Assembly (NCBI GenBank): GCA_964531165.1
Contig: CAZHEA010000007.1
Coordinates: 2,956 to 66,955, forward strand
DNA from: an uncultured Thiotrichaceae bacterium
GTDB taxonomy: Bacteria; Pseudomonadota; Gammaproteobacteria; SZUA-229
Reading direction: 5' to 3'
DNA length: 64,000 bases
Shown here: piece by piece, positions 8,565 to 18,042 of the stretch
Numbering within the stretch: the first letter of the stretch is position 1
Layout of the letters: each line of letters opens with the position of its first letter
Translations under genes and position numbers: made by a program
Notes under the pieces: generated by a model
The model's database searches: none
What the model saw: the letters and a program-made list of their open reading frames with translations, nothing else
Told to the model about the DNA's origin: nothing

Positions 8565-8927
8565 TTGAACCCTTCATCCCAGTCTTTAGCTGATATTTTC
8601 AACGACCTACCTGAGAAAGATCAAACTACGTTATTTGAATTCGCTGAATTTTTAAAATCTCGTGCACCCGCTCCTATATCAAAAATAACGGAACCATTGG
8701 GTATTCTCAGACCGGAAGAAGAAAGTGTGGTTGCGGCCATTAAACGCCTGAAGAAAAACTATCCGATGATTCCACAAAAAACATTATTAAATGAAACATC
8801 TGAATTTATGATGCAACACATGATGCAGGGTAAAAAGGCAAAAGATGTTATCGATGAAATGGAGATGCTTTTTGAAAACAAGTTTCAAATGTCAATGGGT
8901 ACAACTCAGTCAGGCGATACACAGTGA
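8565..8927 (+). CDS. Hypothetical protein
   Basis: 120-aa ORF. Its stop overlaps the start of the downstream transporter gene. No recognisable motif. Confidence 0.35.
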   Translation: MNPSSQSLADIFNDLPEKDQTTLFEFAEFLKSRAPAPISKITEPLGILRPEEESVVAAIKRLKKNYPMIPQKTLLNETSEFMMQHMMQGKKAKDVIDEMEMLFENKFQMSMGTTQSGDTQ

Positions 8928-9982
8928 TTGATGTATTACGCGGTTGGTATAACAAGCATTTTTCAGATCCGCAGGCGGTTATTCTTGCATTAATGCTGAT
9001 ATTTGGTTTTATGCTAATAGCTTTTATGGGAAATGTATTAACACCGGTCATTGCAGCGGTAGTGATTGCCTATGTGCTTGAAGGTGTAGTACGTAAACTC
9101 TGCCATTTCAAAATTCCACGTTTATTATCAGTCACAATTGTTGTTGTTGGTTTTGTGGTTTTACTATTGATATTAATGCTCGGCTTGTCGCCATTAATTT
9201 ATCAACAGTTATCGCAATTTTTTACCGAGTTTCCCAATATGCTAAGCAAAGGGCAGACCTTATTAATTAGCCTGCCGGAAGATTATCCGTTTATTTCCGA
9301 GTCACAGATAGAAGATATCGTTTCATTGATTAATACAGAATTAGCCTCTGCGGGGCAGGTGGTCGTTTCGCGTTCATTATCTTCAGTGGTTAATTTATTT
9401 ACGCTAATGGTGTATATGGTGGTAGTGCCATTACTGGTATTTTTCTTTCTCAAAGATAAGCAAAGTATTTTACAGTGGTTATGCCATTTTTTGCCTCAGG
9501 AAGATGGTCTGGTTACTAAAGTCTGGCAGGATGTAGATAGAAAAATCGGTAGTTATATTCGCGGTAAATTACTTGAAATTGTGGTGGTGGGTATTGCTAC
9601 TTATATCCCTTTAAAAATACTCGGCTTACAATATGCGGCGTTGCTTTGTCTGTTTGTTGGCCTGTCGGTTATTATTCCTTATGTGGGAGCGATAGCTGTC
9701 ACCATTCCAGTTGCAATACTGGCTTATTTTCAGTTTGGGTTCGGTTATGAGTTTTTATACATTATGCTGGCCTATTTGGTTGTGCAGTTTTTAGATGGCA
9801 ATATTTTAGTACCATTATTGTTTTCCGAGGCGGTAGATATGCACCCGGCGGCAATCATTATTGCAGTGCTGGTATTCGGTGCATTATGGGGGGTGTGGGG
9901 TGTATTCTTTGCGATTCCATTAGCGGCATTAATTCAGGCGGTGATTACGGCGTGGCCTATGCCTGACAGGGCTGTTGAGTAA
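8924..9982 (+). CDS. AI-2E family transporter (UPF0118/PerM/TqsA-like permease)
   Basis: It has 7-8 predicted TM helices. The length and hydrophobic pattern are typical of PF01594. GTG start at 8924. Confidence 0.7.
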   Translation: MIDVLRGWYNKHFSDPQAVILALMLIFGFMLIAFMGNVLTPVIAAVVIAYVLEGVVRKLCHFKIPRLLSVTIVVVGFVVLLLILMLGLSPLIYQQLSQFFTEFPNMLSKGQTLLISLPEDYPFISESQIEDIVSLINTELASAGQVVVSRSLSSVVNLFTLMVYMVVVPLLVFFFLKDKQSILQWLCHFLPQEDGLVTKVWQDVDRKIGSYIRGKLLEIVVVGIATYIPLKILGLQYAALLCLFVGLSVIIPYVGAIAVTIPVAILAYFQFGFGYEFLYIMLAYLVVQFLDGNILVPLLFSEAVDMHPAAIIIAVLVFGALWGVWGVFFAIPLAALIQAVITAWPMPDRAVE

Positions 9983-10240
9983 ATGCTTTGCGGTTATTTA
10001 GTGCGAGACAGGCAATTAAAATAAAATTATTGATGAGCTAAATGTGCAGCGTAATTGTTGCTGGGGCAGGTATCTGGAGCTATTTAATTTCGCCTCTAAA
10101 GCATACCGCGATGATAGTGAGCTTAGTAAACTAAGCTATTTCATCTGTAGGTTCGACGTCATTCGAACCAATTCCGTGGGTTTACTTTGTTGTGTGAATA
10201 AATTTGCACATACATGTTTTACGGGCATTCGGGAGGCGAG

Positions 10241-11005
10241 TTACAATCGTTTTTTTATTCGCTTTTTTTGTTGTTTCAAGCGTCGCTGCCACCACATCCA
10301 TAAACCACTCAAGCTTAAAAATATCATCAGTATAGCAACACCATCCATAACGTATACACCGAACTTTCCAAAGATGCGACCGCTGTGAATGTCCAGAATA
10401 ATTCGCTCTAGTGGTAAACCTTCGCCCCGGTATTGTTTAAGTAAATCCTGTTTTAAGTTTTCACCTGGCTGAATGTGTGGTGACCATGTCATCTGTATGG
10501 GGGCAATGGCCTGCCAGTTAATAATATCTTCATCAGCCTGCCACATACTCTGATCCATCATTTTTATAATGGCTTTGTTTTCGAGCATGCCGACGTGTTC
10601 TATTTCAGTGTTTTGTGCCAGCGGGTAACGATCAATTAGTTCACCGTCGCGGCTGAGCAAAATAACATCGCGGGACAATACCAGTATGATAATTTCACCT
10701 GCATTGGTCACGCCTCTAATCTGTTGTTTATCGTTGAGAAGTTTTTTATTGTCGAAATAAATTTGTTGATCGAGCTGGGTGAAAATATGTTTTTGCGTTC
10801 GATAACTGATAGCTGCTTGTTGCGGGTTAATTTCATACAGGCTAAGCACCAGCGCATTATTGATTTTAGTTTTGTTGAGTTGTAAACCGTCAGTGTGATT
10901 AAGCATAATGCCGGTCACGGCCAGTAATATAATAAACAGTACCAGTAGCAGGCCAAATCGCCTGTGCCATAAAAACGCCGGAAATTTCTTTTTATGGCGG
11001 GTCAT
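10241..11005 (-). CDS. PepSY-associated TM helix protein
   Basis: N-terminal WHRRFGLLLVLFIIL (PepSY-TM HRW-G motif) and a C-terminal second TM with DIHSGRIFGKFGVYVMDGVAILMIF. It overlaps the upstream FMN-binding gene by 4 nt. Confidence 0.55.
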   Translation of the reverse strand: MTRHKKKFPAFLWHRRFGLLLVLFIILLAVTGIMLNHTDGLQLNKTKINNALVLSLYEINPQQAAISYRTQKHIFTQLDQQIYFDNKKLLNDKQQIRGVTNAGEIIILVLSRDVILLSRDGELIDRYPLAQNTEIEHVGMLENKAIIKMMDQSMWQADEDIINWQAIAPIQMTWSPHIQPGENLKQDLLKQYRGEGLPLERIILDIHSGRIFGKFGVYVMDGVAILMIFLSLSGLWMWWQRRLKQQKKRIKKRL

Positions 11006-11520
11006 TGTTTGGCACGCAGTTGTTGGTCGAGGTAAAGTGCAATGCGGGAAATTTTGGTAATGGCTCGTACTGAAAGTGTAGCACCTGAAATCCCATCTAT
11101 GTGGCGATCCAGCTGTAAGTCATTATTTATGCTTGCCTGTAGAAATTGTTTGGTGAAAAAGTCATGACGTATTTCATCGCCGCGGCTTTCACGAAACGCC
11201 AGAACTTTTATGCTTTCAAGTTTGCCGTGGTTGATAACAACGCCAATGGTAATGGGTTTTTCTTTACCAATTTCATCTAATATCCAGGCGGTTTTTTGCT
11301 GCTGTTTCCAGTAGCGTAAACGCAGTTTTCTAAAATCATGTGCGAGAATTTGTTTAATATTTTCACGGTCAGTTTTGGTGAGCCAGAGTGCTTTGGCTTT
11401 AGGTTGATTCTCTGCAAAGGCTAACTGGATAAATGCATCAGGCTGAAGATACTGACCACCAGCGTAAGCCGGTAGTTGTAAGCAGCACAGAACAATAAAA
11501 ATAAAGCGTGTAAAAATCAT
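11002..11520 (-). CDS. Exported FMN-binding domain protein (ApbE-flavinylated type)
   Basis: Signal peptide. It has the GISGATLS motif (the Thr in S-G-A-T is the covalent FMN attachment site in NqrC/RnfG-type FMN_bind domains). Confidence 0.6.
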   Translation of the reverse strand: MIFTRFIFIVLCCLQLPAYAGGQYLQPDAFIQLAFAENQPKAKALWLTKTDRENIKQILAHDFRKLRLRYWKQQQKTAWILDEIGKEKPITIGVVINHGKLESIKVLAFRESRGDEIRHDFFTKQFLQASINNDLQLDRHIDGISGATLSVRAITKISRIALYLDQQLRAKQ

Positions 11521-11599
11521 GGGGGCGCATCATACCAGTTGTTGGCGAAGTGAGAAACCTACGTGAGCATAATGCATTCGCAGGTTTCTCAGTCGGCAT

Positions 11600-12850
11600 T
11601 TAGAACTGGTAGCCGACTCCCAGCATAAAGCCATCGTCATCCGTGCCTGCCTTATCCAGTAACTGATAGTTTGCTTTCACAACCACATCTTCATGGGGCC
11701 AGTAGCTAAAGCCAAAATCGGTCTGATTGCGCTGTGTATCATTCGCGCTGTTAACCATATTATCCCAGCTGCTCTGGCGTGCATATATACCCCACTGAGA
11801 CGTAAATTTGTAAGAGGGCTCTACATACCAGCCGCTTTGCTCGTCAGAGCCTAGGCTTTTCGGTCCGTTACCGCTTAAGTCCCAGCTCGCATACAGAGCG
11901 CGTAATGCAAACGGTCCGGTTAGCCAAACCGCATGAGTCTCCAACAGGCTCGCACTTCCCGCAGCGGCATCGGTGCTTTGAGTAATATCACGTTGGTACT
12001 GCATAGTCGCGCCCAGTTCTACGCCTGCTGCACCCGTCCATTTCAGGCGTGCTGTGTAGGCAGGGTCCTGCATTGGCGCTTTGCTTACACTGGTACGACC
12101 ACCACGAACAGTATAGTCATCGCCAACCTGTAAGCCGGAATGCATGGCCAGATCATAGCTAAATGCGTCGCCAAAACGGCCGCTGAAGCTCACGCCACCT
12201 TCACGCCAGGTGGTGGGAATAATGTACTTTTCTACATTATTACGCTCAACACCGTAAAAAGTGGGTGGCTCGTGGGTTTCGTTAACCATTCCAACAGGGA
12301 CCAGAATAATACCTGCACGGACTGAGTTATTGTCACTTACATCAAATTCAAGAAAAGCCTGTTCCATGGAAACTTCGCCAGAGCCTTCACCTTCCGTTTT
12401 AACTTGTGAGTGCTCAATTTCCAGTTCTGACCAGAAGCGAATTTTGTCACTGAACTCATGACCCATGAATAAAATAAAGCGATGCAAGTTAATTATTTTG
12501 GTGCTGTCAGTGTTGATGTAATGCAGTTCACCATAACCACCAATCGTAGTATTGCCTTTAGAGCCATGAGTGCCAAAGGTTTTATCGCGTGCTGTTTCTG
12601 CGCTGCTATGACTGTGTGAAGATTGTTCACCTGACGTATTTTGAGTGGGAGATGTATTTATATTACCTGATTCAAGCATATCTGCTGTGGCTTCCAGACG
12701 CTCTAAAATAATTTTGTTTTCTGCTTTGAGGGCATCAAGCTGTAGTTGAAGACTGTCTGATTCTGCTGAAATGGCATTCGTTGATGCCAGTAATAGTGCG
12801 CTGGCAATGGCACTTTTTAAGGTAGATGATACAAATTTACGGCTTTTCAT
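11600..12850 (-). CDS. Outer-membrane porin with N-terminal coiled-coil (DcaP-like family; tentative)
   Basis: Signal peptide. A ~45-aa coiled-coil (LQLQLDALKAENKIILERLEA) is followed by a beta-barrel ending in ..GVGYQF. Confidence 0.5.
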   Translation of the reverse strand: MKSRKFVSSTLKSAIASALLLASTNAISAESDSLQLQLDALKAENKIILERLEATADMLESGNINTSPTQNTSGEQSSHSHSSAETARDKTFGTHGSKGNTTIGGYGELHYINTDSTKIINLHRFILFMGHEFSDKIRFWSELEIEHSQVKTEGEGSGEVSMEQAFLEFDVSDNNSVRAGIILVPVGMVNETHEPPTFYGVERNNVEKYIIPTTWREGGVSFSGRFGDAFSYDLAMHSGLQVGDDYTVRGGRTSVSKAPMQDPAYTARLKWTGAAGVELGATMQYQRDITQSTDAAAGSASLLETHAVWLTGPFALRALYASWDLSGNGPKSLGSDEQSGWYVEPSYKFTSQWGIYARQSSWDNMVNSANDTQRNQTDFGFSYWPHEDVVVKANYQLLDKAGTDDDGFMLGVGYQF

Positions 12851-13080
12851 GGGGAAATAGCTCCACTCTATATTATTGGGTGAGCCCAGTTATCAGCAAA
12901 TCAATGTTGTGCTGATGGCCTGTTCTCTAAATCTGAGTGGAGTATACATGATGATGATGCGAATGCAAATGATTCTCATATAGAAACACAGTAAAGTTGA
13001 TAGAGATTAATACTTTTGTTTATTATGCAGAGGTAAAGAGCTGGGCGCTTAGCATGTAAAGAAGGCATGGACTGTTGATG

Positions 13081-13103
13081 CCCCTGTTAGAAAAAGAGGG
13101 GCC
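13081..13103. repeat. REP-like family B element (partial, hairpin only)
   Basis: CCCCTGTTAGAAAAAGAGGGGCC downstream of bcp. Confidence 0.5.
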
Positions 13104-13128
13104 ATTCCAGCCGGGAAAAATTTAAAAG

Positions 13129-13602
13129 TCATTCTGGTTTAACGTGTTTAGCTGCCGCCAGTACTTCTTCAACATGTCCCTTAACGCGTACTCCGAGCCA
13201 CTGTTCTCTGAGTACACCGTTAGCATCGATTAAAAAAGTGCTGCGGACTATGCCCATATACTCACGGCCATAATTTTTCTTTAGCTGGATAACGCCAAAT
13301 AAATTGCAGACGCTTTCATCCGCGTCGGAAAGTAAATCAAATGGAAACTCATGTTTACTTTTAAAGTTAGTGTGAACGCGCACTGAGTCGCGGGACACAC
13401 CAACAACAACGGTTTTAGCGCGTTTAAATTTCGCATAGTGATCGCGAAAGTCCTGGCCTTCCTGGGTGCAACCCGGCGTGTTGTCTTTCGGGTAAAAATA
13501 AATAATGAGGTTTTTACCTTTAAAATCTTTCAGACAAAGTGTTTGTTCGCCCGTCGCCTGTGAACAGAAGGCGGGGACTTTTTTATTTAACGTTACAGGC
13601 AT
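13129..13602 (-). CDS. bcp: Thiol peroxidase Bcp (peroxiredoxin Q)
   Basis: IIYFYPKDNTPGCTQE active-site motif. Conserved bcp-gcvR neighbourhood. Confidence 0.85.
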   Translation of the reverse strand: MPVTLNKKVPAFCSQATGEQTLCLKDFKGKNLIIYFYPKDNTPGCTQEGQDFRDHYAKFKRAKTVVVGVSRDSVRVHTNFKSKHEFPFDLLSDADESVCNLFGVIQLKKNYGREYMGIVRSTFLIDANGVLREQWLGVRVKGHVEEVLAAAKHVKPE

Positions 13603-13632
13603 GATTATCTCGGTGAAAATATTTAAGGTTAT

Positions 13633-14160
13633 TTAATCAGCGGGTTTAAATTCCACGTCCATGCTGAGCTCATCGCAAAGCTCGCCAAAATCATTTTCCA
13701 GTTGTGTGATATCTAATTTATCTGGAATATCAACCCGCATATTTACACTAAACATCGGTGTACCTGTATGCGGTGCATGGTTACTTGCAGTATGCATATT
13801 GACAATATTAATGCTGTGTTGAGAAAAGTAACGTGCGAGTTTATGCACAATCCCCGGATTATCCATGCCTTCTACAGTAACCTGATAACTGAGGTGGTTG
13901 TCATTGTTGCTGCGTCTGGTAGTCGGCTTAATCAGCAAATTTAAATTCAGTGTTGCTGCCAATGAGTCTTTTTGCTGTTTGATTGAATCAATCGAAGACG
14001 CGCTACCGGTAACCAGCAGCATTACTACAAACTCACCGCCGAGTACGCTCATGCGACTGTCTTCGACATTTAAACTGGCATTAAGTAAAACTTCGGTGAG
14101 TTCATTAACAATACCCGGGCGGTCGTCCCCAATGGCGGTAATAACAAGTGACTGATTCAT
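13633..14160 (-). CDS. gcvR: Glycine cleavage system transcriptional repressor GcvR (tandem ACT domains)
   Basis: LVITAIGDDRPGIVNELT ACT motif with a second ACT repeat. It is divergent from dapA as in E. coli. Confidence 0.8.
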   Translation of the reverse strand: MNQSLVITAIGDDRPGIVNELTEVLLNASLNVEDSRMSVLGGEFVVMLLVTGSASSIDSIKQQKDSLAATLNLNLLIKPTTRRSNNDNHLSYQVTVEGMDNPGIVHKLARYFSQHSINIVNMHTASNHAPHTGTPMFSVNMRVDIPDKLDITQLENDFGELCDELSMDVEFKPAD

Positions 14161-14424
14161 TTTTTATCTCGCTGATTAATTTTATGCTGTCATGTTTATA
14201 TCATATCAGTGCTGTGGCGTTAACTTAAAAAGAATCGTTGTTTCTGTTGAAGACGCTAATCCAATGATGCCGACAGGCACTGAATACCTGTCTTCGCAGG
14301 TAAGACAATGTCTCTTTATAGTGGAAAAAAATAAATATCACCGGAGTATAGCGGGGTGCAAAGACTAACTAGTAATAGTTAACAGCAAGCTACTGATTTG
14401 TATCTGTAAATGTAAGGGTGTCTT

Positions 14425-14476
14425 AGAGCAAAAGCTTTAAGCTTTTATTTGCGTACTTCGCGTTCATTTGCGGATA
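14425..14476. repeat. Family C element, solo right end
   Basis: GCAAAAGC...TTTTATTTGCGTACTTCGCGTTCATTTGCGGATAA matches the right arm of family C. Confidence 0.5.
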
Positions 14477-14507
14477 ATAGATTTTGATTATTTATCTACC
14501 TGTATCT

Positions 14508-15707
14508 TTATCGGCCCCAGGCAGACCCTGCAGTAATATAAAACACTGTATCCTCCGGACCGCGGGCGATATCTATACCCATATCAAATCCGTAACGTCG
14601 TGCAACCTGGTAACGAAAGCCCAGCCCCTGCGTGACGCGAGTGCTAGCATCAGCAAATGAACCGGTGTTATTACTGGCGCGCCCGGCACCAATAAACCCA
14701 AGCAGACTCCAGCGTGAATCTACCAGCCAGGTTAGTTCAGTTTCAAGCACACCAATCAACTCACCCTGATAACGTCTTGCGGGAATGCCGCGAAGCGTTA
14801 TCGACGGCGTTGCAAAGGGCGGTAACAATTTATTACTGTTGGCATATTCGCTGTGCAGTCTTAAGCCTGCACGCCAGTGATTATTGAGTGACCAGTAATT
14901 CAAACCTTTGAAAGTCGTGAGTTCATATTCAATATCGCTGCCAAAACTTTCACGATACCAAAATTGTTCAATACCATATTGGTAGCCTTCAGTGGGGGAG
15001 AAAATATTATCACGGTTATCAAATTCTAAATTTAATCCCAGTGCTGAAGTGGTGATATTGCGAGACAGTAAGGCTTTTAATTCGTCTTCAAATTCCGGTG
15101 GTAGCGTGCCGTCTAAAGTGCCCGTAGAAGCCGGTGAGATTCGGGCGTTAATATAACGTTGTGCAACCCCCCAGAAAAAGTTGCTGGAAGCGAGCTTAAA
15201 TTTAAGTGTTTGAAAAAGTCCGGAAGCCTGAGTGTTAATTTCAACGGGATCGGCCAGGCTAATATCGCCAGTGCCGTAAAAATCTAAATTCACATCGCCA
15301 TAACCAGCACCACCTAAATAGCGAATACGGCCCTGTTTAAAAAATCCCATGTGCCCACCACCGGCAAACCAGGATTGATTACCCGTTGCTGCAGCGGCGG
15401 CAACCGATATGCTGGGCGGTAATAGGTGTCTGGCCGCGCCACTGTCGGCTTTTTTCATGGCCTTTAAGCGTTTGAGTTTCTCGTCTTCGGTTTCGTGAAA
15501 AAACAAACCCATCATGCCTAAACCGCCATCAACCGCCGGGTCGGTAATAATGATCGGTACGGGTAAAAAACCATAGGCGTTTTTTGACAGGTAATCTGAA
15601 GCATCGAAACGCCCGTCTAGCATATCAATAAATTGAGAGGCACTACTGCGACTGTATGCATTGGAGCTAAGCAGGCAAAGCATACTGAGAAAAATGCTGC
15701 TTTTCAT
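14508..15707 (-). CDS. Outer-membrane beta-barrel protein (Omp85/Bac_surface_Ag-like; tentative)
   Basis: Signal peptide. It has long alternating beta patterns, and LRGIPARRYQGE resembles the Omp85 loop-6 RG[FY] motif. No POTRA is evident. Low certainty. Confidence 0.4.
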   Translation of the reverse strand: MKSSIFLSMLCLLSSNAYSRSSASQFIDMLDGRFDASDYLSKNAYGFLPVPIIITDPAVDGGLGMMGLFFHETEDEKLKRLKAMKKADSGAARHLLPPSISVAAAAATGNQSWFAGGGHMGFFKQGRIRYLGGAGYGDVNLDFYGTGDISLADPVEINTQASGLFQTLKFKLASSNFFWGVAQRYINARISPASTGTLDGTLPPEFEDELKALLSRNITTSALGLNLEFDNRDNIFSPTEGYQYGIEQFWYRESFGSDIEYELTTFKGLNYWSLNNHWRAGLRLHSEYANSNKLLPPFATPSITLRGIPARRYQGELIGVLETELTWLVDSRWSLLGFIGAGRASNNTGSFADASTRVTQGLGFRYQVARRYGFDMGIDIARGPEDTVFYITAGSAWGR

Positions 15708-15732
15708 TGGTTAATACCCATCTGAATAGTGA

Positions 15733-17973
15733 TTAACGTCGTCTACCACCACCCGCTCTCGCCCGGTTAAATTGCTGACGGCGTTGTGCACCCTGCTGGC
15801 GCGACTGGTAACTGCGCTGTAATTGTTGTCGATTGTAGCCACTTCCGGCTTTATTTGCGGGGCGTTGCTGGGCGGGTTTCTGCCAGTCGTTATTGTTTCT
15901 GTTCTGCCAGCCACTATTGGTTTTACGATGCAGATTGCCCTGTTTGTCGGCATACACATTATTTTTACGGTTGGTTGCCGGGCGTGCTTTTGCCAGTTTG
16001 TTGGCAGGTGTAATGCGTGCCGCGTTACGGCGATTTTTATATAAATTGCGTGATGCTTGAGCCTTTACGGGCTGAATTGAAGGACTTTTACCGGGTCGGT
16101 TAATGGGTCTGTATCCGGGTCTATATCCAGAGTAAACACCACGGCGATAACCGTGATAATAAGCATGTCGATAGCCATAATAATGATGAGGGCCCCACCA
16201 GCCACCACCGTACCAGCCGCCGTAACCAATACTAAAAGTGAACGGGCCACTGCTGTAACTCATGCCATAACCCCAGCCCATATAGGGGTTCCAGCGAGCG
16301 TAATAACCATAGGTTGCCGGGTAAGGGTAGTAGGCGTGCTGGTACCAGCCGGGATAGTAGTAACCGGTGCCATAAACAATGGTTGAGCCATAAACATAGG
16401 TGTTGGTATAACCGGGGGTGTAACCCACATAAACCACTTCCGGCTCAGCCTTGTATATTTTTACAAAGGTAATGTTATACATGGGAGAGTCGGCGGGGAT
16501 GGTGTAAATTTCATCGGGCACCGAGGTGGCAATGGTCCATTTGCCTTTGGGCGACGTGGCAGCAAACCACACCGCGTTATCCACTGCATAAAATAAATTT
16601 TGAGAAACCTTAATTACTGGGGTGGCGGTATTCACCGCATAACTTAAGGCGGTGCTGAGAATAGGCTGAAAAATCGGTTCGCCATCATACTCAACGGTTA
16701 AGGAGGCGAGGCTACGATTAATGGCTGCAGTTTGTGGGATTTGAGCATTGAGTACCGCTTCTTTGGCAATCTCAGTGCCGGGTACGGCATACAGCACCGT
16801 ACCCATGTGTGATTTCTCCGGGATTTTTGCAAATGCGGCGGGTAGTGATTTTCCCGCGACATATTTCCATGGTCCCTGCATTTTATCACTGTTGTACCAG
16901 CGCCCCGCGAGTAGTACATAGTATTTTTGATGACTAATGTCGAGCAGCACATCACTTTCAGTGTTGCTCATGTAAAGTAAATCTTTGACGTCATCAACCG
17001 GTTTAAACTCAGCTTTGCCGGTTGCAGAAATTAGCTCTGCGGGTTTGGTTCTAATAATAATTTTGGGTGGTGGTGCGTCTTTTTTGGTTGCGGCTGTTGT
17101 GTCGGCTTTCTTTTTATCAGACGATTTTTTACTGGCTTGATCTTCATCGGCCGATTTTTCAGCAATATCCTTTTCGCTCGGCTTGGGCTCCAAATCGGTA
17201 ATCGCACGGGGCACTTCTTTTGTAATGCTCCAGTCAGCATTTAAATCACTGGTGGTGTACCAGACTTTTTTATCCGCATTTAAATAATAAAGTTTTTCTG
17301 TGGGACTGAAAATAAGTGTGTACGGGGTGTTAACGACGCGTTTTAAACTGCGTTGCGGTATATCCTGCAGCTTAGGCTCGCCATCAATGGTAATTAAAAT
17401 AGCGGGCTCTTCTATAAAAATAATTTCCGGTGGCGCAGTGTTAATTTTTTTCGAGGAGTTGTGTAGCTGGTCCTCCAGCTTTAAGGTCGCGGTTAGTTGC
17501 GACATAGAAATTTCCATATTCCATTTTGGAATTTCCCGTTCCATTAGTTTTTCAAGCTTGCTGAGATTCTGGTCACCGGCATCGGGGATGCGGACATTGG
17601 TTATTTTGACATCAGCAATGGTGGCGGAGCGCTCAGCCCGGTTGACTTGTAAACGGGCATCAAACCAGATGGCACCGAATACGGGTTTGTCAGCATCGTT
17701 GAGTTCAACAGAAATTGCAGCACGGGCTTTTAACTGGTCGCCCTTTAATGATTCAGGCTGTGGCTGGTAGATGATGACCACGCCCTTACTGGTTTTGATT
17801 TCCTGAGGCCATTGCTTGGTTGCAGGGGCGATTTTTTCAGAGGATGTTTTTTCTAGCTTGTCTTTTTTCGCGGTATTTTTTTTATCAGTACCTTCATCAA
17901 GCGCATAAGCATGTGTACTGCTTAAAAGAATAATTGTGCAGAAAAAAAATCGACTGATGATATTGTATGACAT
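15733..17973 (-). CDS. Large secreted protein with a Tyr/Gly/Trp-rich low-complexity domain and a Q/R/N/K-rich basic C-terminal tail (function unknown)
   Basis: Signal peptide (..SSTHAYALDEG). Residues ~505-635 are extremely Y/G/W/P-rich (YYYPGWYQHAYYPYPATYGYYARW...GYGGWYGGGWWGPHHYYGYRHAYYHGYRRGVYSGYRPGYRP). The final ~110 aa are Q/R/N/K-rich and end GGGRRR. No known domain was recognised. Confidence 0.5.
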   Translation of the reverse strand: MSYNIISRFFFCTIILLSSTHAYALDEGTDKKNTAKKDKLEKTSSEKIAPATKQWPQEIKTSKGVVIIYQPQPESLKGDQLKARAAISVELNDADKPVFGAIWFDARLQVNRAERSATIADVKITNVRIPDAGDQNLSKLEKLMEREIPKWNMEISMSQLTATLKLEDQLHNSSKKINTAPPEIIFIEEPAILITIDGEPKLQDIPQRSLKRVVNTPYTLIFSPTEKLYYLNADKKVWYTTSDLNADWSITKEVPRAITDLEPKPSEKDIAEKSADEDQASKKSSDKKKADTTAATKKDAPPPKIIIRTKPAELISATGKAEFKPVDDVKDLLYMSNTESDVLLDISHQKYYVLLAGRWYNSDKMQGPWKYVAGKSLPAAFAKIPEKSHMGTVLYAVPGTEIAKEAVLNAQIPQTAAINRSLASLTVEYDGEPIFQPILSTALSYAVNTATPVIKVSQNLFYAVDNAVWFAATSPKGKWTIATSVPDEIYTIPADSPMYNITFVKIYKAEPEVVYVGYTPGYTNTYVYGSTIVYGTGYYYPGWYQHAYYPYPATYGYYARWNPYMGWGYGMSYSSGPFTFSIGYGGWYGGGWWGPHHYYGYRHAYYHGYRRGVYSGYRPGYRPINRPGKSPSIQPVKAQASRNLYKNRRNAARITPANKLAKARPATNRKNNVYADKQGNLHRKTNSGWQNRNNNDWQKPAQQRPANKAGSGYNRQQLQRSYQSRQQGAQRRQQFNRARAGGGRRR

Positions 17974-18042
17974 TGAAGAGCCTTAAATAATAGAAGAATA
18001 ATGAATTTGAAAACATTTTCGAATTCATTATTTCAAGAGAGT

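Noticed and set aside
10105-10180. Hairpins AGCTTAGTAAACTAAGCT and GGTTCGACGTCATTCGAACC that superficially resemble tRNA arms (GGTTCGA).
   Set aside because: No cloverleaf can be built: the second stem is 7 bp with a 6-nt loop, not a 5-bp T-stem with a 7-nt TTCGAAT loop, and there is no acceptor stem. They are more simply bidirectional terminators between the convergent AI-2E transporter and PepSY-TM genes.
10044-10388. 114-aa + strand ORF.
   Set aside because: It overlaps the 3' half of the PepSY-TM gene on the opposite strand. It is a Cys/Phe-rich odd composition with no RBS, and is probably spurious.
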